Sequence record: MT446412.1
Source: Escherichia virus TH41
Reading direction: 5' to 3' (one strand)
Length of the DNA: 64,000 nucleotides
A program made the translations under genes and the position numbers. Shown here in pieces: positions 22,499 to 34,509 of the stretch (the stretch's first letter is position 1; every line of letters starts with the position of its first letter). Under the pieces are notes generated by a model. That model ran no database searches, was not told the origin of the DNA, and worked only from the letters and a program-made list of their open reading frames with translations.

Positions 22499-25400
22499 TT
22501 ACCTTTACCTGTGTTGGGTCTTTCGTGTCGCGTGGATTACCAATATCATCCTTAAGACGTTGATTAACCAAATTGCGCCAGTTAGCAAAAGTCACGGCGG
22601 ACTGGTCAAACAATGGACTGTATTTTTTACGACGTTCAGACGGGAGAGTCCCATGAAAATCTGAAAAATCGTTTTCGGCATCATAATCTGCCGGTAATGG
22701 GAACGGTAAACCTGCGTTAGGAGCAATATTATATACTGCTTCACCTGTAACAGGGTTATGCTCAATGTTTCCATCAGCTCCAATAACTGCAATACGGTCA
22801 CACCATTCTGACGGAATACCCGACGACCAACGATAGTTGTTCAGTTTATTGATAATGGTTTCTGTATGTTTTAATGACAGACCAGCATTAACAAACATTG
22901 TCAATAATGTAATTCCAACAAATCCAAATCCAACCGGATGAACAAATCGCAATACGTCATTACGATAACGAGATGTAGGGAGACTTGATTTAATGGTCAT
23001 TACATAGTAAGAACGATTTCGGTTGATATAATCGATGTTATTGCTAAGTAATTCTTTCCCGCGAACACCCTGAACAATCATGCCTTCAAAGGAAGTCCTT
23101 TCGGATTTAATTTCTTGCCCAACAATAAAGCGACCAAGCAAGTTATGAATCGTGATACGCCATCTCAATTTACCCTGTTTGTAGTCACGCTCCATATAGG
23201 TAACGTTACTGCGGCCAGTTGGTGTGTAAATTGTTTGTCCAACAATATCTTCGCTGATATTATCAGATTCGACGATTATGTCATACTCGGTTCCGTTCTT
23301 GGATTCAATATCGATTTCAACGTCTTCATTATATAACAATTTGAATAAAAACTTATAGGATGCTTCAGTCCCCTTGGTTGCCCAAAAATCAGACTGTCTT
23401 GCTTCAAAGAAACGAACTACTTCGTCACGCTTGGTCTTTGACAAATATATATTTCTTTTGTACATTTCACTCCAAAGGTATTCCCATGCATCTTCCTCGC
23501 GTGGGTACTGGTTGCGAATCAAGTTCAAAAGGTTGTTATAATATGTGCCAGAGCCATCACTGATAAACTGCAAATAATATTCACAGAATTTTTCGAAGTT
23601 GCTATCCTGGAGCAAATAACTATCCGGAACCATCTTTGTTAAAAGAGGACGCAAGTCCGGGTCTTTCTCTTGTTCATCATTATCCGGGGTCCATGGAATA
23701 TCATGTTCCTGGTTCTGTAATTCTGCAGTGAACATAACTTCTTTCGGTTTCCAGATTAATCTAACTTCATCACGCATACGATAGTCAAATTCAAAATAAC
23801 CAATAAGCTCACCAGTATTTTTATGTAACATAATACCCGAGGCATATTTTTTAAAGCCATTGAATTCGATGTTAGGAGAAGTAACTTTTACTTGACCTTT
23901 ATTCCAGTATTCGTGTACAATACGTTCAGGGGATGAACCACCAAAGGTATCGATAATCTTTTGATACAGCATGTCATTATATACAACCAGAGCTCTGTCT
24001 GATGTGGTAATCCAACAACGAGTATCATCACGGCGAGACCAGTTAAAGAACGGTTCAGCGTAATATGACATACGTCCAGGTTTAAACTCTTCCCAACCTG
24101 AATCTTTATTCGACCTAAAACTCATCATCAAATAATGCTTGTCATGTATCCATTGTTCATCATACACATATTTGACTGCTTCGTTAACTTCTTCAGGATA
24201 CTTAGCGGGGAGTTCGGTATCTGGCTCAATGGAATAACGGAAGTTACTTGAACTGATAAAAAGTTCAATTCCATCAGTTGACATGCTTGTGTAACCATGT
24301 TCAATACGGCGACGTTCATCCTCTGTATTACCAAAAACTCGTGTCCATGTATCGGTATCGGTATTTAATTTATAAACGCCCTTTGATAATGAATCGACAA
24401 CGTTTTCAGGCTTAGTCGGGTCTTGGCGTTCTTCCTTTACTTCACCCGTGATTAATGCAAACACTTCACCGTCAATTGAATCCATCTTGTAACAAACAGC
24501 TTTTGGGTTGCCGCTTATTGTGCTATATCCAGCTTCAAATAATTTTTCACCGAATGTTGGAGAGTTAGGGTCATTATCAATTGGAGCATCAGAGGATTTA
24601 GCTTTGTATACACGGTCGCGGCCAGCAACGTAAATCATGGAATCGGTCGTAGTAATTGCTTCGGCAATTGTTGAGATATATGCCGGGAGTCTTGCGTATG
24701 TGCCAAATATTTCAATATCAAATCCGAGATTGATATCCGAACCAATTTTTGCAAATGTTATATCCTGGGAACTGAATCGAACATCATCAGCAGACCATCT
24801 TATGTCACTTGATTTGCGACCGTAAAAAATTCGGTCATACCCGAGTACGTAAGTTGTCGTATCTGATTGATAATAAATTGTGCGCGATACCGGGTTACCG
24901 ATACGGTCATTAAACAATTTTACATAATACCAGTTCTGCCCTTTATCATTGGAGACTTTGACAGTTGTCTGGAATCGTTCAAACAAATACAGTACACCAC
25001 CGAGTTCAGCAATCATCGTACGATTAACATCGTTACACACTGGCTGAATACTGCCCTGAATTTCGTGATATTGGTCTTCTTTTAATACATAGTTTGAAAT
25101 TGAAGACAAATGAGAATAAGCAGGAGTAAAGCTAAAATCTTCGGACATCAACGATGCCATAATTGCATCATTATTAAAGTTGATATAGGCCTGGTTATTG
25201 TTTGTGAATTTTTCTTCGATGAATTTATTTGTTAATGTAAACTCACGCATGTGTTCAAATGTGTATGCGTTAGTTGCAAAGGTTTCAAATTCTTCGGTAT
25301 AAACCCAATCAGATTGTTCAAAACCCATTGCTGCAACAGCAACACGCATTTTGTAAAATGATACTGGACGAATAAAATCTTGTTCGAACCATTCATTGTC

Positions 25401-25589
25401 TGGAGTATAACCTAAATTCCTCCATAACAGATTTTCTTCTGGAATAGCAACACCATTTTCTTTTGTCGGAGCAATCTCAACAAAATAATAAAAGTTGGCG
25501 CCAACATTATCCCATTTTATGCTAACCTGGTTAGCAGATAGTTTATCAATCCGTAAGCTGGTTACATAAGGGGCTTTAACACTCATCAT
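22491..25589 (-). CDS. 7: Baseplate wedge protein gp7
   Basis: Start placed at internal ATG (MMSVKAPYV..) preceded by AAGGA, giving 1032 aa like T4 gp7; the upstream in-frame track extension runs through a hairpin. Confidence 0.85.
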   Translation of the reverse strand: MMSVKAPYVTSLRIDKLSANQVSIKWDNVGANFYYFVEIAPTKENGVAIPEENLLWRNLGYTPDNEWFEQDFIRPVSFYKMRVAVAAMGFEQSDWVYTEEFETFATNAYTFEHMREFTLTNKFIEEKFTNNNQAYINFNNDAIMASLMSEDFSFTPAYSHLSSISNYVLKEDQYHEIQGSIQPVCNDVNRTMIAELGGVLYLFERFQTTVKVSNDKGQNWYYVKLFNDRIGNPVSRTIYYQSDTTTYVLGYDRIFYGRKSSDIRWSADDVRFSSQDITFAKIGSDINLGFDIEIFGTYARLPAYISTIAEAITTTDSMIYVAGRDRVYKAKSSDAPIDNDPNSPTFGEKLFEAGYSTISGNPKAVCYKMDSIDGEVFALITGEVKEERQDPTKPENVVDSLSKGVYKLNTDTDTWTRVFGNTEDERRRIEHGYTSMSTDGIELFISSSNFRYSIEPDTELPAKYPEEVNEAVKYVYDEQWIHDKHYLMMSFRSNKDSGWEEFKPGRMSYYAEPFFNWSRRDDTRCWITTSDRALVVYNDMLYQKIIDTFGGSSPERIVHEYWNKGQVKVTSPNIEFNGFKKYASGIMLHKNTGELIGYFEFDYRMRDEVRLIWKPKEVMFTAELQNQEHDIPWTPDNDEQEKDPDLRPLLTKMVPDSYLLQDSNFEKFCEYYLQFISDGSGTYYNNLLNLIRNQYPREEDAWEYLWSEMYKRNIYLSKTKRDEVVRFFEARQSDFWATKGTEASYKFLFKLLYNEDVEIDIESKNGTEYDIIVESDNISEDIVGQTIYTPTGRSNVTYMERDYKQGKLRWRITIHNLLGRFIVGQEIKSERTSFEGMIVQGVRGKELLSNNIDYINRNRSYYVMTIKSSLPTSRYRNDVLRFVHPVGFGFVGITLLTMFVNAGLSLKHTETIINKLNNYRWSSGIPSEWCDRIAVIGADGNIEHNPVTGEAVYNIAPNAGLPFPLPADYDAENDFSDFHGTLPSERRKKYSPLFDQSAVTFANWRNLVNQRLKDDIGNPRDTKDPTQVKVNE

Positions 25590-25617
25590 GGTTTCCTTAA
25601 AAAGCCTCCGAAGAGGC

Positions 25618-27564
25618 TTATAGTGTAATTGGTTCAAGGTCAATCTTTGTATATTGCGGACGAAGGTCATTCTCAAATACAATCAGTGAACCATCTTGCG
25701 TGTATATATTATCTTGGTTAGGACTTGCATAAAGTTCGATTGATTGAACTTCAAAGCGCTCGGAGGTTAATCCAATCGCGGCGATATCCCAAAAAATATA
25801 ATCAGAGTAATAGTCAATTTCGCCAATTGCGTAATAAACTGTTTGGTCAGCCGGAGCTTCCATTTTATTAAAGTCATCTTGTAGGTAAGGCTGGATGTTT
25901 ACGTTTTCAATAACATCGCCTGGACGGAATGGACCAATTACCATTTTACCATCACCACGAGAATCTTTATCAGTTGCAACAATGCGAACGTTATAGGCTT
26001 CACCTGTGGTCGGAACAAATTCAAATTCACTTGATTCGACTGAACGGTTGCCATACTGGTTATAGTATTTAATGCCGGATTCTGGAGTCTTAAAGAAGTT
26101 CAGGACTTCACGCACCATCGAAATGGTTGCAGATGAACCAAGAATACTATGGTCAGTATTATCCACATACGTAAGCATTTTTGACTTAGCAAAACTTCTG
26201 TTAAAGATTTCAACTTCATCGATATAATAACGGTCAATCTGATTAATGATTTGTGCTTGCAACCATTGTTCAGATTCTTGTAATTTGTTCAGCGCATAAG
26301 ATACTTTGATATTATGTTTAAGGAACAAATAATCCGGAGAAATTACCGATGGTGTAATTGTTGATACGTTGAACTCACTAAGGTAGTTCTGGATGTCCTC
26401 ACGCTGCACTGCAGTGAGATACAAGCCCGATTTAGGCTTAACTGATATAAACGCATACCCAGGCTTATTTGCGTCTGTAAACGTCTGTACGGCTTGCACG
26501 ATTGAACCAAATCTTTCAGATACGAAGGTATCATAATCTGTTCCGGTGACAGCACGCATCTGCGCTTCACGTTTAACAACAGCCAGTTCACGGATACGTT
26601 CGATATCTTCTGGGTCACCCCCGCCATCGGCACCGACATAATCAGGGTCGTCATTGTAGTTTTCAGTAATTTTATCCACTGTGATATATGACAAAGTATC
26701 GGCATAACTGAAATCAACAGCACCGTTTGCATCTGCCCCTGAGGTACGAAGATATTCAATAACAATTGTCGAATCTTGCACCGGTTTGAGACCACCAATA
26801 TAGTTGGCTTCCATAACGCCGCCGGCTACAGATTTGGTGGATTCACCTTCACCGAAGAAAAATTCAGTATAGCCATCGATTGTTTCACGCATATAAAATA
26901 TGGTGGAAGTCGAACCAGCATGGACCATTGATTTGTTCGTCCAGTCAACCCACTCAACACCGTTCACATATAACTTAACTTCTTTGCGGTCGATATCCGG
27001 GTCGCGAATAAGAATAGGTTGTTTCGGGTCATATAAAAGTTCTGTACGAATAATACGGCCCTGGGCTAGAGATACAATCGGAAGGTATTGGTTGTTAATA
27101 TCTTTAACTGCAATAACGTTTTCCGTGGTAACAAAAACATAAGGGTCAGCTGATGTATCACGAGCATATGCCAGGAATTTAGTTCCTCGTGGGATTTCAA
27201 TATTCGATGGTTGCAGAGCATGAGAACATGTCAACATAACCGAAGTCTTTGCGGCCGAACGTGAAGATGGAAGATATCCATTATCCTGTGCTGCCTGAAC
27301 AACCGAAGACCTTAAGTTTGCAGTTCCGATAAATGATTCATAAACTGCTGTATTAGCAAACTGCTGCATATAAAGTGTATTATACGCAAGCATGTCAATC
27401 AGGATATTCATTCGCGAACCTACGAAATCATAATCCTTAAATTCATCCTGGCTTGATAACCAGTCGATGATATTCTTTTTAATTTCTTCAAACGTAGCTC
27501 CCACAAATACTTTTGGGATAGCGTTAACGGTTCTTGTTAATTGGTAATTCGTAGGAGTAGCCAT
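25618..27564 (-). CDS. 6: Baseplate wedge protein gp6
   Basis: 648-aa ORF; synteny between 5.4 and 7. Confidence 0.85.
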   Translation of the reverse strand: MATPTNYQLTRTVNAIPKVFVGATFEEIKKNIIDWLSSQDEFKDYDFVGSRMNILIDMLAYNTLYMQQFANTAVYESFIGTANLRSSVVQAAQDNGYLPSSRSAAKTSVMLTCSHALQPSNIEIPRGTKFLAYARDTSADPYVFVTTENVIAVKDINNQYLPIVSLAQGRIIRTELLYDPKQPILIRDPDIDRKEVKLYVNGVEWVDWTNKSMVHAGSTSTIFYMRETIDGYTEFFFGEGESTKSVAGGVMEANYIGGLKPVQDSTIVIEYLRTSGADANGAVDFSYADTLSYITVDKITENYNDDPDYVGADGGGDPEDIERIRELAVVKREAQMRAVTGTDYDTFVSERFGSIVQAVQTFTDANKPGYAFISVKPKSGLYLTAVQREDIQNYLSEFNVSTITPSVISPDYLFLKHNIKVSYALNKLQESEQWLQAQIINQIDRYYIDEVEIFNRSFAKSKMLTYVDNTDHSILGSSATISMVREVLNFFKTPESGIKYYNQYGNRSVESSEFEFVPTTGEAYNVRIVATDKDSRGDGKMVIGPFRPGDVIENVNIQPYLQDDFNKMEAPADQTVYYAIGEIDYYSDYIFWDIAAIGLTSERFEVQSIELYASPNQDNIYTQDGSLIVFENDLRPQYTKIDLEPITL

Positions 27565-27572
27565 TTTATTTC

Positions 27573-27866
27573 CTATTTTATAAAGACTTTTGATGAGGCT
27601 TGAGCCACAGTATCACCACATGAAATCGGGTCTGCCATTTGAACAGCTTTCTTACCGGTAACAAATACTTTTGATGTGCGCGGTTGTGTTACTCCACCGT
27701 GAGTTTCATATGGTTTTTTAATTTCGGTATGCTCGGTAATAGGGTCTCCGGCAACTAACACCGGAATTCCCCCGGTGAATACTTTACCTTGAGTTGCATT
27801 AATTACAGTCGGTGGCCATGCTTCGTGGCCTGCTGTAACACATTGATTGAAACTTAATCCAGCCAT
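27573..27866 (-). CDS. 5.4: PAAR-type baseplate spike tip protein gp5.4
   Basis: 97-aa ORF, same length as T4 gp5.4 as recalled; position between 5.1 and 6. Confidence 0.75.
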   Translation of the reverse strand: MAGLSFNQCVTAGHEAWPPTVINATQGKVFTGGIPVLVAGDPITEHTEIKKPYETHGGVTQPRTSKVFVTGKKAVQMADPISCGDTVAQASSKVFIK

Positions 27867-28387
27867 TAATCCCTCGCGTATACGTATGAACGCAATTTAT
27901 CTGCCCATCTTGACCAGTTACCAACGATAGTTTTTGTGTAAACTTTTGTCATTGTCTTTCTTACTGGAGCAGGAGGTGGGTCGGTCTCATTACCTGCACG
28001 GCTATTACTGCCGCCAGAGCTCCCTGTGTCTCCACCAGAGCTCTCTTCTTGAAAGTCATAGGTTAGGGTTACCGTGTATGAAAAGACCTTCTGGAGGCTC
28101 GCTGGGGCCCTCCAGAGATACAATTGAGTACTCTTATCGGTAGGAAGGTCTTCCCATGAACCGGCAGTTTTGAATTCATCATTAAGCCGATATTTAAGTG
28201 CATCATCTGCGAATCCGAACACGGATTCATAAACACCATAAAGATGATTACCCTCAACATTAACGCCAGGGGTGGCCTCATATTCAGTTATATTTATTTC
28301 GACTAATGTTTCGTTTGTTTCTAATTGAGCTGTAAACGTAACATCGATTGAGGCTCCTTCCATGGAGTCTCCTAGGTCAGTGCTCAT
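27866..28387 (-). CDS. 5.1: gp5.1-like protein (start uncertain)
   Basis: ORF between gene 5 and 5.4; start ambiguous (ATG candidates at 28387 and 28423, track start 28447 is TTG); Gly/Ser-rich C-terminal region. Confidence 0.5.
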   Translation of the reverse strand: MSTDLGDSMEGASIDVTFTAQLETNETLVEINITEYEATPGVNVEGNHLYGVYESVFGFADDALKYRLNDEFKTAGSWEDLPTDKSTQLYLWRAPASLQKVFSYTVTLTYDFQEESSGGDTGSSGGSNSRAGNETDPPPAPVRKTMTKVYTKTIVGNWSRWADKLRSYVYARD

Positions 28388-28397
28388 TGGAAGTATA

Positions 28398-30140
28398 TTA
28401 GCCAATGTCAATCCTCGAACCATCAATAGTATATTGACCAGATGCAATAGAACTCATTGTTGACATTGTTTCGGACCAATTGCCAGCCACGGTCATATCA
28501 ACGTTTCCATTAACGGACCATTTGACATTACCATTTACCGTATAATCATGGTTACCTTCGACAAGAGTTTTTGCGTCACCTTTAACAGTTATTTCAGCAT
28601 TACCTTCGACCAGAATACTTACATTACCTTTGACGATAATTGTACCGTCACCTTCGATAGTTTTGGTTTCATTCCCACGAATATGAATGCTTTCGTTTCC
28701 ATCGGTCTGACGACGAACGTTAGCCATATTATAATAGGTTTCATCACCACCAACGTTGACTTTATTATTACCACCAACGTAAGTACTCGAATCGCCCTGG
28801 GTCATATAATAACCATCAGCTACTGTCTTCGAAGTCTTACGACCATCTGGTGCAACTTCCTCATAGGAACCGGTTGGATGAATCAGTCGATAACGTTCTT
28901 GTCCAGGGGTATTATCGAATTCCTGAATATGACCGCCTTCAGTTTGCATTGTCTGCACGTAAGGATATTCGCCCTTGTAACTTGATTCTGGCTCTTTAAA
29001 TAGAATCCTTGTATCTTCTGGGGTCCACGGGTCGGCTGGGTCAGAATTTGCAGGGGCTGCAAAGGTTTGAATCATCCTATATGAACGCCCTTTAAATGAC
29101 CTTTCTTTAGGGGCCATAATACCATATGATTCCATATTACCGGTAAGGATAATCATTGATACCCTTGATGCACGTCCTTTAGTTTGGTTAAACCATACTG
29201 AATTACGAGCTTCCTCAAATGCCTTTTTATAATCACCTACTAACATTGCGCTAAGCATACCACGGAATTTAGCCAATCCACCCAATCCCATTTGGAAAGC
29301 CATGTTTTCAAGAGCCATTTGTCTCGAACGGTTTTCTTTATTGTAAACTGGACCCACAACACTATGCCGGCCTATATCGTTTTGGACTTTTTTAAGGTCT
29401 TCTTGGAATAATTTAGAGGCCTCGTCCATTGATATTGCACCAGGGTTGCCTTTAACTTCACGGCCTATTTGATTAGATAATATTTTGTTTATTTGATTCA
29501 TATCTCTAATAGGTTGTGGCGTAATTAAGTGTCCTATACCTATAGTAGGATAACCTTCGGTGTCCCAATATACTTTCAAACGAAGACCTTCATCACGGTG
29601 AAGCATATTTTCAATTGTGAAATTAGGATTATCATCTGGCTTAACTTGACTCAAATCAAGGCCATCGGGGTTAATACCAAGGTCAAGGTTTGCATCCTGA
29701 ATTACGTTCGAAGTTGCATCGTAACCGACCTCACCGCCTCGGTTGAGCGCAGCAGCATCATTACCTACATAAAGTGGATATTGTCCTGTGGGGTCAGAGA
29801 AGCCTTCGTTGGGATTTGCTTTTTGTCTTGAGGCTGAACCATACGTACCAATAACAAGTCCGTTGAGTTTCCACTTGTCTAAAAAGTGACCATATACCTG
29901 AGTCCCTGGCACCATACCAGTCATTGCAGTTTGAATACCAGAAACTGATGCAGATGATGTTGGCATCAGTACAGACATCCATGGCAGGTCTTCAGTTCTG
30001 ATACCTTTTACAGGTCCTTGCGATTTCTCATATGGATGCATACCCCATACACGGACACGGACTCGACCTTGTTGAAGTGGGTCCATTCGGTCTTCGACAA
30101 CACCGACGAACCAACTTACATTATCTGACATATTAATCAT
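28398..30140 (-). CDS. 5: Baseplate hub / cell-puncturing protein with tail lysozyme domain gp5
   Basis: 580-aa ORF; lysozyme-like motif KVYWDTEGYPTIGIGHLI; C-terminal repeated beta-strand region (VEGN/VKGD repeats). Confidence 0.9.
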   Translation of the reverse strand: MINMSDNVSWFVGVVEDRMDPLQQGRVRVRVWGMHPYEKSQGPVKGIRTEDLPWMSVLMPTSSASVSGIQTAMTGMVPGTQVYGHFLDKWKLNGLVIGTYGSASRQKANPNEGFSDPTGQYPLYVGNDAAALNRGGEVGYDATSNVIQDANLDLGINPDGLDLSQVKPDDNPNFTIENMLHRDEGLRLKVYWDTEGYPTIGIGHLITPQPIRDMNQINKILSNQIGREVKGNPGAISMDEASKLFQEDLKKVQNDIGRHSVVGPVYNKENRSRQMALENMAFQMGLGGLAKFRGMLSAMLVGDYKKAFEEARNSVWFNQTKGRASRVSMIILTGNMESYGIMAPKERSFKGRSYRMIQTFAAPANSDPADPWTPEDTRILFKEPESSYKGEYPYVQTMQTEGGHIQEFDNTPGQERYRLIHPTGSYEEVAPDGRKTSKTVADGYYMTQGDSSTYVGGNNKVNVGGDETYYNMANVRRQTDGNESIHIRGNETKTIEGDGTIIVKGNVSILVEGNAEITVKGDAKTLVEGNHDYTVNGNVKWSVNGNVDMTVAGNWSETMSTMSSIASGQYTIDGSRIDIG

Positions 30141-30739
30141 AATGACTTCTCCATCTCACGGATTAATGCCGAAATAAATGATTCGATATCATTAGGGTCG
30201 ATTATCTTTATTTCTCGTTTATATTCATTTTTGCGAATAGCGTCTTCATAGATATCTACTGCAGCTAATGGACCTTCATATTGTGGGTACAATTTATTCT
30301 TATCACCTTTATCATACCAGGTGTACGGATTATCAGGATAAGAAACAAGATTCCAGAATTTTTCACCATCTTCATTTACATGATAAAGAACCTGATTACC
30401 ACCTATATTCGAATAGCGTTGAATTGATGCCTGATACGATGATTCTTGTGAACATATCCAACCATAATAAGGGTCATAGATATTATTAAGCATAAGGAGA
30501 ACCCAATAGAGTTGCGTGTTTCCATAGAGCTGGTATGCAAGTTCTTCAGGTCTCGGAGCTCCGGCGATGTAATGCGTTTTCGGTGTATAATTAACCGCAA
30601 CCTTATCAAAATAGGCACGATAGTTTCTGAAGATGTCAGTCATCGGGATGCTTAAGACGTCTTCTTTCGTTAATGATGCCGAGTTTTTTCTGATTGTTTT
30701 AGCATCATAATCAATTGGGTTAAAAAATGAAAAAAGCAT
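30137..30739 (-). CDS. 53: Baseplate wedge protein gp53
   Basis: Start placed at internal ATG (MLFSFFNPIDYDAK) with GGAGG SD; track start at 30769 is TTG. Confidence 0.75.
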   Translation of the reverse strand: MLFSFFNPIDYDAKTIRKNSASLTKEDVLSIPMTDIFRNYRAYFDKVAVNYTPKTHYIAGAPRPEELAYQLYGNTQLYWVLLMLNNIYDPYYGWICSQESSYQASIQRYSNIGGNQVLYHVNEDGEKFWNLVSYPDNPYTWYDKGDKNKLYPQYEGPLAAVDIYEDAIRKNEYKREIKIIDPNDIESFISALIREMEKSL

Positions 30740-30748
30740 AAAGCCTCC

Positions 30749-30759
30749 ATTTATAAATA
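30749..30759. promoter_or_regulatory. Overlapping divergent late promoter boxes for genes 53 and 4
   Basis: Plus strand TATAAATA at 30752-30759 (29 bp upstream of gene 4); minus strand TATAAATg at 30749-30756 followed by GGAGG and the gene 53 ATG. Confidence 0.45.
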
Positions 30760-30787
30760 AGTATATCAATATTTATTAGGAGGCTAT

Positions 30788-31237
30788 ATGGCATACTCCG
30801 GGAAATTTAAGCCCACCAATATAGAAAAATATAAGGGCGACTGGAAGAAAATACAATACCGGTCAAGTTGGGAGGCTTGGCTGATGAGATGGCTCGACAA
30901 CCATCCGAACGTTGTTCAATGGGGTTCTGAGACTGTGATTATTCCATACTTCTGCAACGCGGAAGGGAAAAAGCGCAGATATTATATGGATTTCTGGGTT
31001 AAGTTCGATACGGGGCAACAGTTCTTTTTCGAAGTTAAACCATTAAAAGAAACAAGACCCCCAACCAAACCGGCCAATAATACCACTGCGAGTAAAAAGA
31101 GATTTATTAATGAGATGTACACCTGGAGCGTTAACTCTGACAAATGGAAAGCTGCGCAAGCTACCGCGGATAAGATGGGTATAACGTTCAGGATAATCAC
31201 TGAAAACTCACTGAAAAAATTAGGATGGAAAGGATGA
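30788..31237 (+). CDS. 4: Head completion protein gp4
   Basis: 149-aa ORF; synteny (divergent from 53, followed by 2, 3, 1 as in T4). Confidence 0.8.
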   Translation: MAYSGKFKPTNIEKYKGDWKKIQYRSSWEAWLMRWLDNHPNVVQWGSETVIIPYFCNAEGKKRRYYMDFWVKFDTGQQFFFEVKPLKETRPPTKPANNTTASKKRFINEMYTWSVNSDKWKAAQATADKMGITFRIITENSLKKLGWKG

Positions 31238-32058
31238 GTATTTTTACATTTATCAATGAATCTGCAGATAAACCAGGTCCGAAACCCAGTAAATCAGAAC
31301 AACAATGGGTTGAAATAGGGGTTGAATTTTATACAGCAAAAGAAAAGGGAATGACCTCGAAGAAGTTTGCTGAAGAGAAAGGAATCAACTATTCGACCTT
31401 TACCAAAAGCATGTCGAGATATCATTCGAGAATTCAGACTGCTTATAAAGTATCCAAGCTCAAAAAGAAACCCGCCGGTAAACTTACGAAGGCTGAACGT
31501 CAGCTGATAATGGTGAATAGCTTTAGAAAGAGCATAAGAGATAAGATTGCTAACGAAGGCGCTGCAAGCAACACCAAATCTGCCAGATGGTTCGCTGAGA
31601 CAATTAAGAAATCAGTTCGTGGTCACGTAACGGCTAAACCTCAACCGGGTAAGATTTATGCTTATATCTATGATGCAAAGCATAAGGATACTCTTCCGTA
31701 TTGGGACAAATATCCGTTAATCATTTATCTTGGGCTAGGTAAGCACAATTTGATGTATGGTTTGAACTTGCACTATATTCCACCGAAGGCACGTCAAGAG
31801 TTCCTTGAGGAACTTCTTAAGCAATATGCTAATACTCCTACGATTACGAACAAGACTCATCTGAAGATTGATTGGTCAAAGGTGAAGGGATTTAAAGGGG
31901 CTGACCAGATGATTAAAGCATATATACCTGGCAATATAAAAGGTACTATTACTGAAATCAAGCCCAGCGACTGGGCAAACGTTGTTATGCTTCCGTTGCA
32001 ACAATTTATGTCGAAAGGCAAAAGATTCTCTTCCCAGAAAGTATGGAGAAATTCATAA
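31225..32058 (+). CDS. 2: DNA end protector protein gp2
   Basis: 277-aa basic ORF; synteny. Confidence 0.8.
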   Translation: MERMSIFTFINESADKPGPKPSKSEQQWVEIGVEFYTAKEKGMTSKKFAEEKGINYSTFTKSMSRYHSRIQTAYKVSKLKKKPAGKLTKAERQLIMVNSFRKSIRDKIANEGAASNTKSARWFAETIKKSVRGHVTAKPQPGKIYAYIYDAKHKDTLPYWDKYPLIIYLGLGKHNLMYGLNLHYIPPKARQEFLEELLKQYANTPTITNKTHLKIDWSKVKGFKGADQMIKAYIPGNIKGTITEIKPSDWANVVMLPLQQFMSKGKRFSSQKVWRNS

Positions 32059-32143
32059 TCTATTATCGGTCAGTGTTATTGGTAAGGACAAAAGGTCTAG
32101 AACCATTATAACACTGATTGTTTTAAAGCAAACAAGGTGCACT

Positions 32144-32743
32144 ATGTCAGGTTTATATAATCAAACTAACACGACTAACTTTATATTAGAGGTGAGCGAT
32201 TCAAACCTCACACAGACCTTTAAACTCAACGTTCAAGACGTTACCCTCCCAGGAGTTCACATTCCTGTGACGGATGTTCCTGGCGGAACACAAGGTATAA
32301 ATCGCTCCAGTCTTCCTGGTAGTACAATAGAATTCGACCCGCTGATTGTTAACTTTCTGTGTGACAAAGACCTAAGAGCGTGGCTTGACATCTATAAATG
32401 GATGCTCTCGCTCAACAACTACATCACACACGAATCAAAAGCATGGCATCCGAAGGGTCGTCCCGAAGCGGTCACGCTTCATATCTTAGATAATAACAAG
32501 GACAAAATTGTCATGTCAATCCATTACTATGGTGCATGGCCGTCCGACCTGTCAGAGATTCAGTATTCATATAAAGAAGATTCTGACCCGGCTATCAATG
32601 CAACAGCAACTTTTAACTTTAAGTCTTTTGCTGTAGAAATTGATGGTATAATAATAGAAGGTAGACCACAGATTGATAGTAATGCAGCAATGCAACAGGA
32701 AATCAGGTCTAAGTCAATGCATCCATCTATGAGAAACGTATGA
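32144..32743 (+). CDS. 3: Tail completion / sheath stabilizer protein gp3 (by synteny)
   Basis: ORF between 2 and 1; start placed at ATG MSGLYNQ.. with AAGGTG SD. Confidence 0.6.
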   Translation: MSGLYNQTNTTNFILEVSDSNLTQTFKLNVQDVTLPGVHIPVTDVPGGTQGINRSSLPGSTIEFDPLIVNFLCDKDLRAWLDIYKWMLSLNNYITHESKAWHPKGRPEAVTLHILDNNKDKIVMSIHYYGAWPSDLSEIQYSYKEDSDPAINATATFNFKSFAVEIDGIIIEGRPQIDSNAAMQQEIRSKSMHPSMRNV

Positions 32744-33416
32744 AATTAATTGCGATTGTGGGTAAAAAACGCAGTGGTAAAGATACGACTGCTGATTATG
32801 TTATTAGTCAAAATGGAACAAAGTGGCAGCTTGCAGGTCCGATTAAAGAAGCGCTTTATAACGCGTGGATTCGTCAAGACCTGCCACACAATTTGACCCT
32901 GGAAAATTTTGATGGACAAGGTTACGACCGTGAAAAAACCTTAATAATGAACAACACCGAAGCTTATATTCTTCTGGTTGATGCTCTTGAATGGTTGAAA
33001 CAACAATACAATCTTGACCTTCCGAATCCGGATATGGTTCGTAAAATTATTGAATTTCACACACTAAATAATGTTGAGCCCTGGACAGTTAGACGTTTCA
33101 TGCAGACCCTTGGAACTGACATTGTTTGTACAGAGTTCGACAGCATGTTTTGGATTAAAACTTTTGCCTGCGACTATCTTGACAACCTCTATTCTGGATA
33201 TAAATATTACGTTGTCCCAGATGTTCGCCAAAAGAACGAACTTGATTCGCTTCGGGCGATGGGTGCTACAATAATCTTTGTAGAACGCGATGAAGCAAAT
33301 CATTCTACTGATACACACATTACGGAAGCTGGACTTCCACCACTAGCTAGTGACATTGTTATTAAAAACGATGGCACACTCGAAGAACTTTTTGATAAAA
33401 TTAATAAGGTAATATA

Positions 33417-33417
<1 letters not shown>
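32740..33417 (+). CDS. 1: Deoxynucleoside monophosphate kinase gp1
   Basis: P-loop IAIVGKKRSGKDT at N-terminus; synteny. Confidence 0.85.
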
Positions 33418-34107
<690 letters not shown>

Positions 34108-34108
<1 letters not shown>

Positions 34109-34138
34109 TGTACAAATGAGTGTAGGTGCAGTATTATG
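34108..34138 (+). promoter_or_regulatory. Early promoter / stem-loop cassette
   Basis: GTGTAC -35-like, TATTAT -10-like, inverted repeat gtgtagg...cctacac flanking the -10. Confidence 0.4.
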
Positions 34139-34168
34139 CTCCTACACCAACGAACAAACGGAGTTAAA

Positions 34169-34501
34169 ATGAACATCAAAACTTATAACGAGTTTTTAGC
34201 CGAATCCGCCATCAATGAGACCAAATCAATTGATGATAGTGAAGGCTCTCTGAAATTTGGTTTAACCAAAAACGCAGATGGTGTTTTCTTTCAGATTGGT
34301 AATGAACGTTTTCAAACGTCCAAATATTCCAAAGCTGCAGTTGAAGCTGTCCTAAAATCTGGTGGCAAGTGGAAAGGCAAAGAAGGTACTAAAGAAATTG
34401 GTATCGCTGTTGACGGTGGTATGGCTTATTTTAAAATTGGCGATGAACAATTTATTATGTCTGCTCGCGGACGTAAAGAACTGGCAAAACTTTATAAATA
34501 A
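34169..34501 (+). CDS. Internal-protein-like protein with capsid-targeting-sequence N-terminus
   Basis: Starts MNIKTYNEFLAES, matching T4 internal protein capsid targeting sequence with L-x-E cleavage motif; GGAG SD. Confidence 0.6.
   Translation: MNIKTYNEFLAESAINETKSIDDSEGSLKFGLTKNADGVFFQIGNERFQTSKYSKAAVEAVLKSGGKWKGKEGTKEIGIAVDGGMAYFKIGDEQFIMSARGRKELAKLYK
34493..34500 (+). promoter_or_regulatory. Late promoter box TATAAATA upstream of ip-like gene 34510
   Basis: Exact TATAAATA on plus strand overlapping the stop of the upstream gene. Confidence 0.45.
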
Positions 34502-34509
34502 GGTTTCTT

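Noticed and set aside
26343-26798. 151-aa minus-strand ORF nested out of frame within gene 6
   Set aside because: Fully embedded in the gp6 coding sequence in another frame, with no independent signals.
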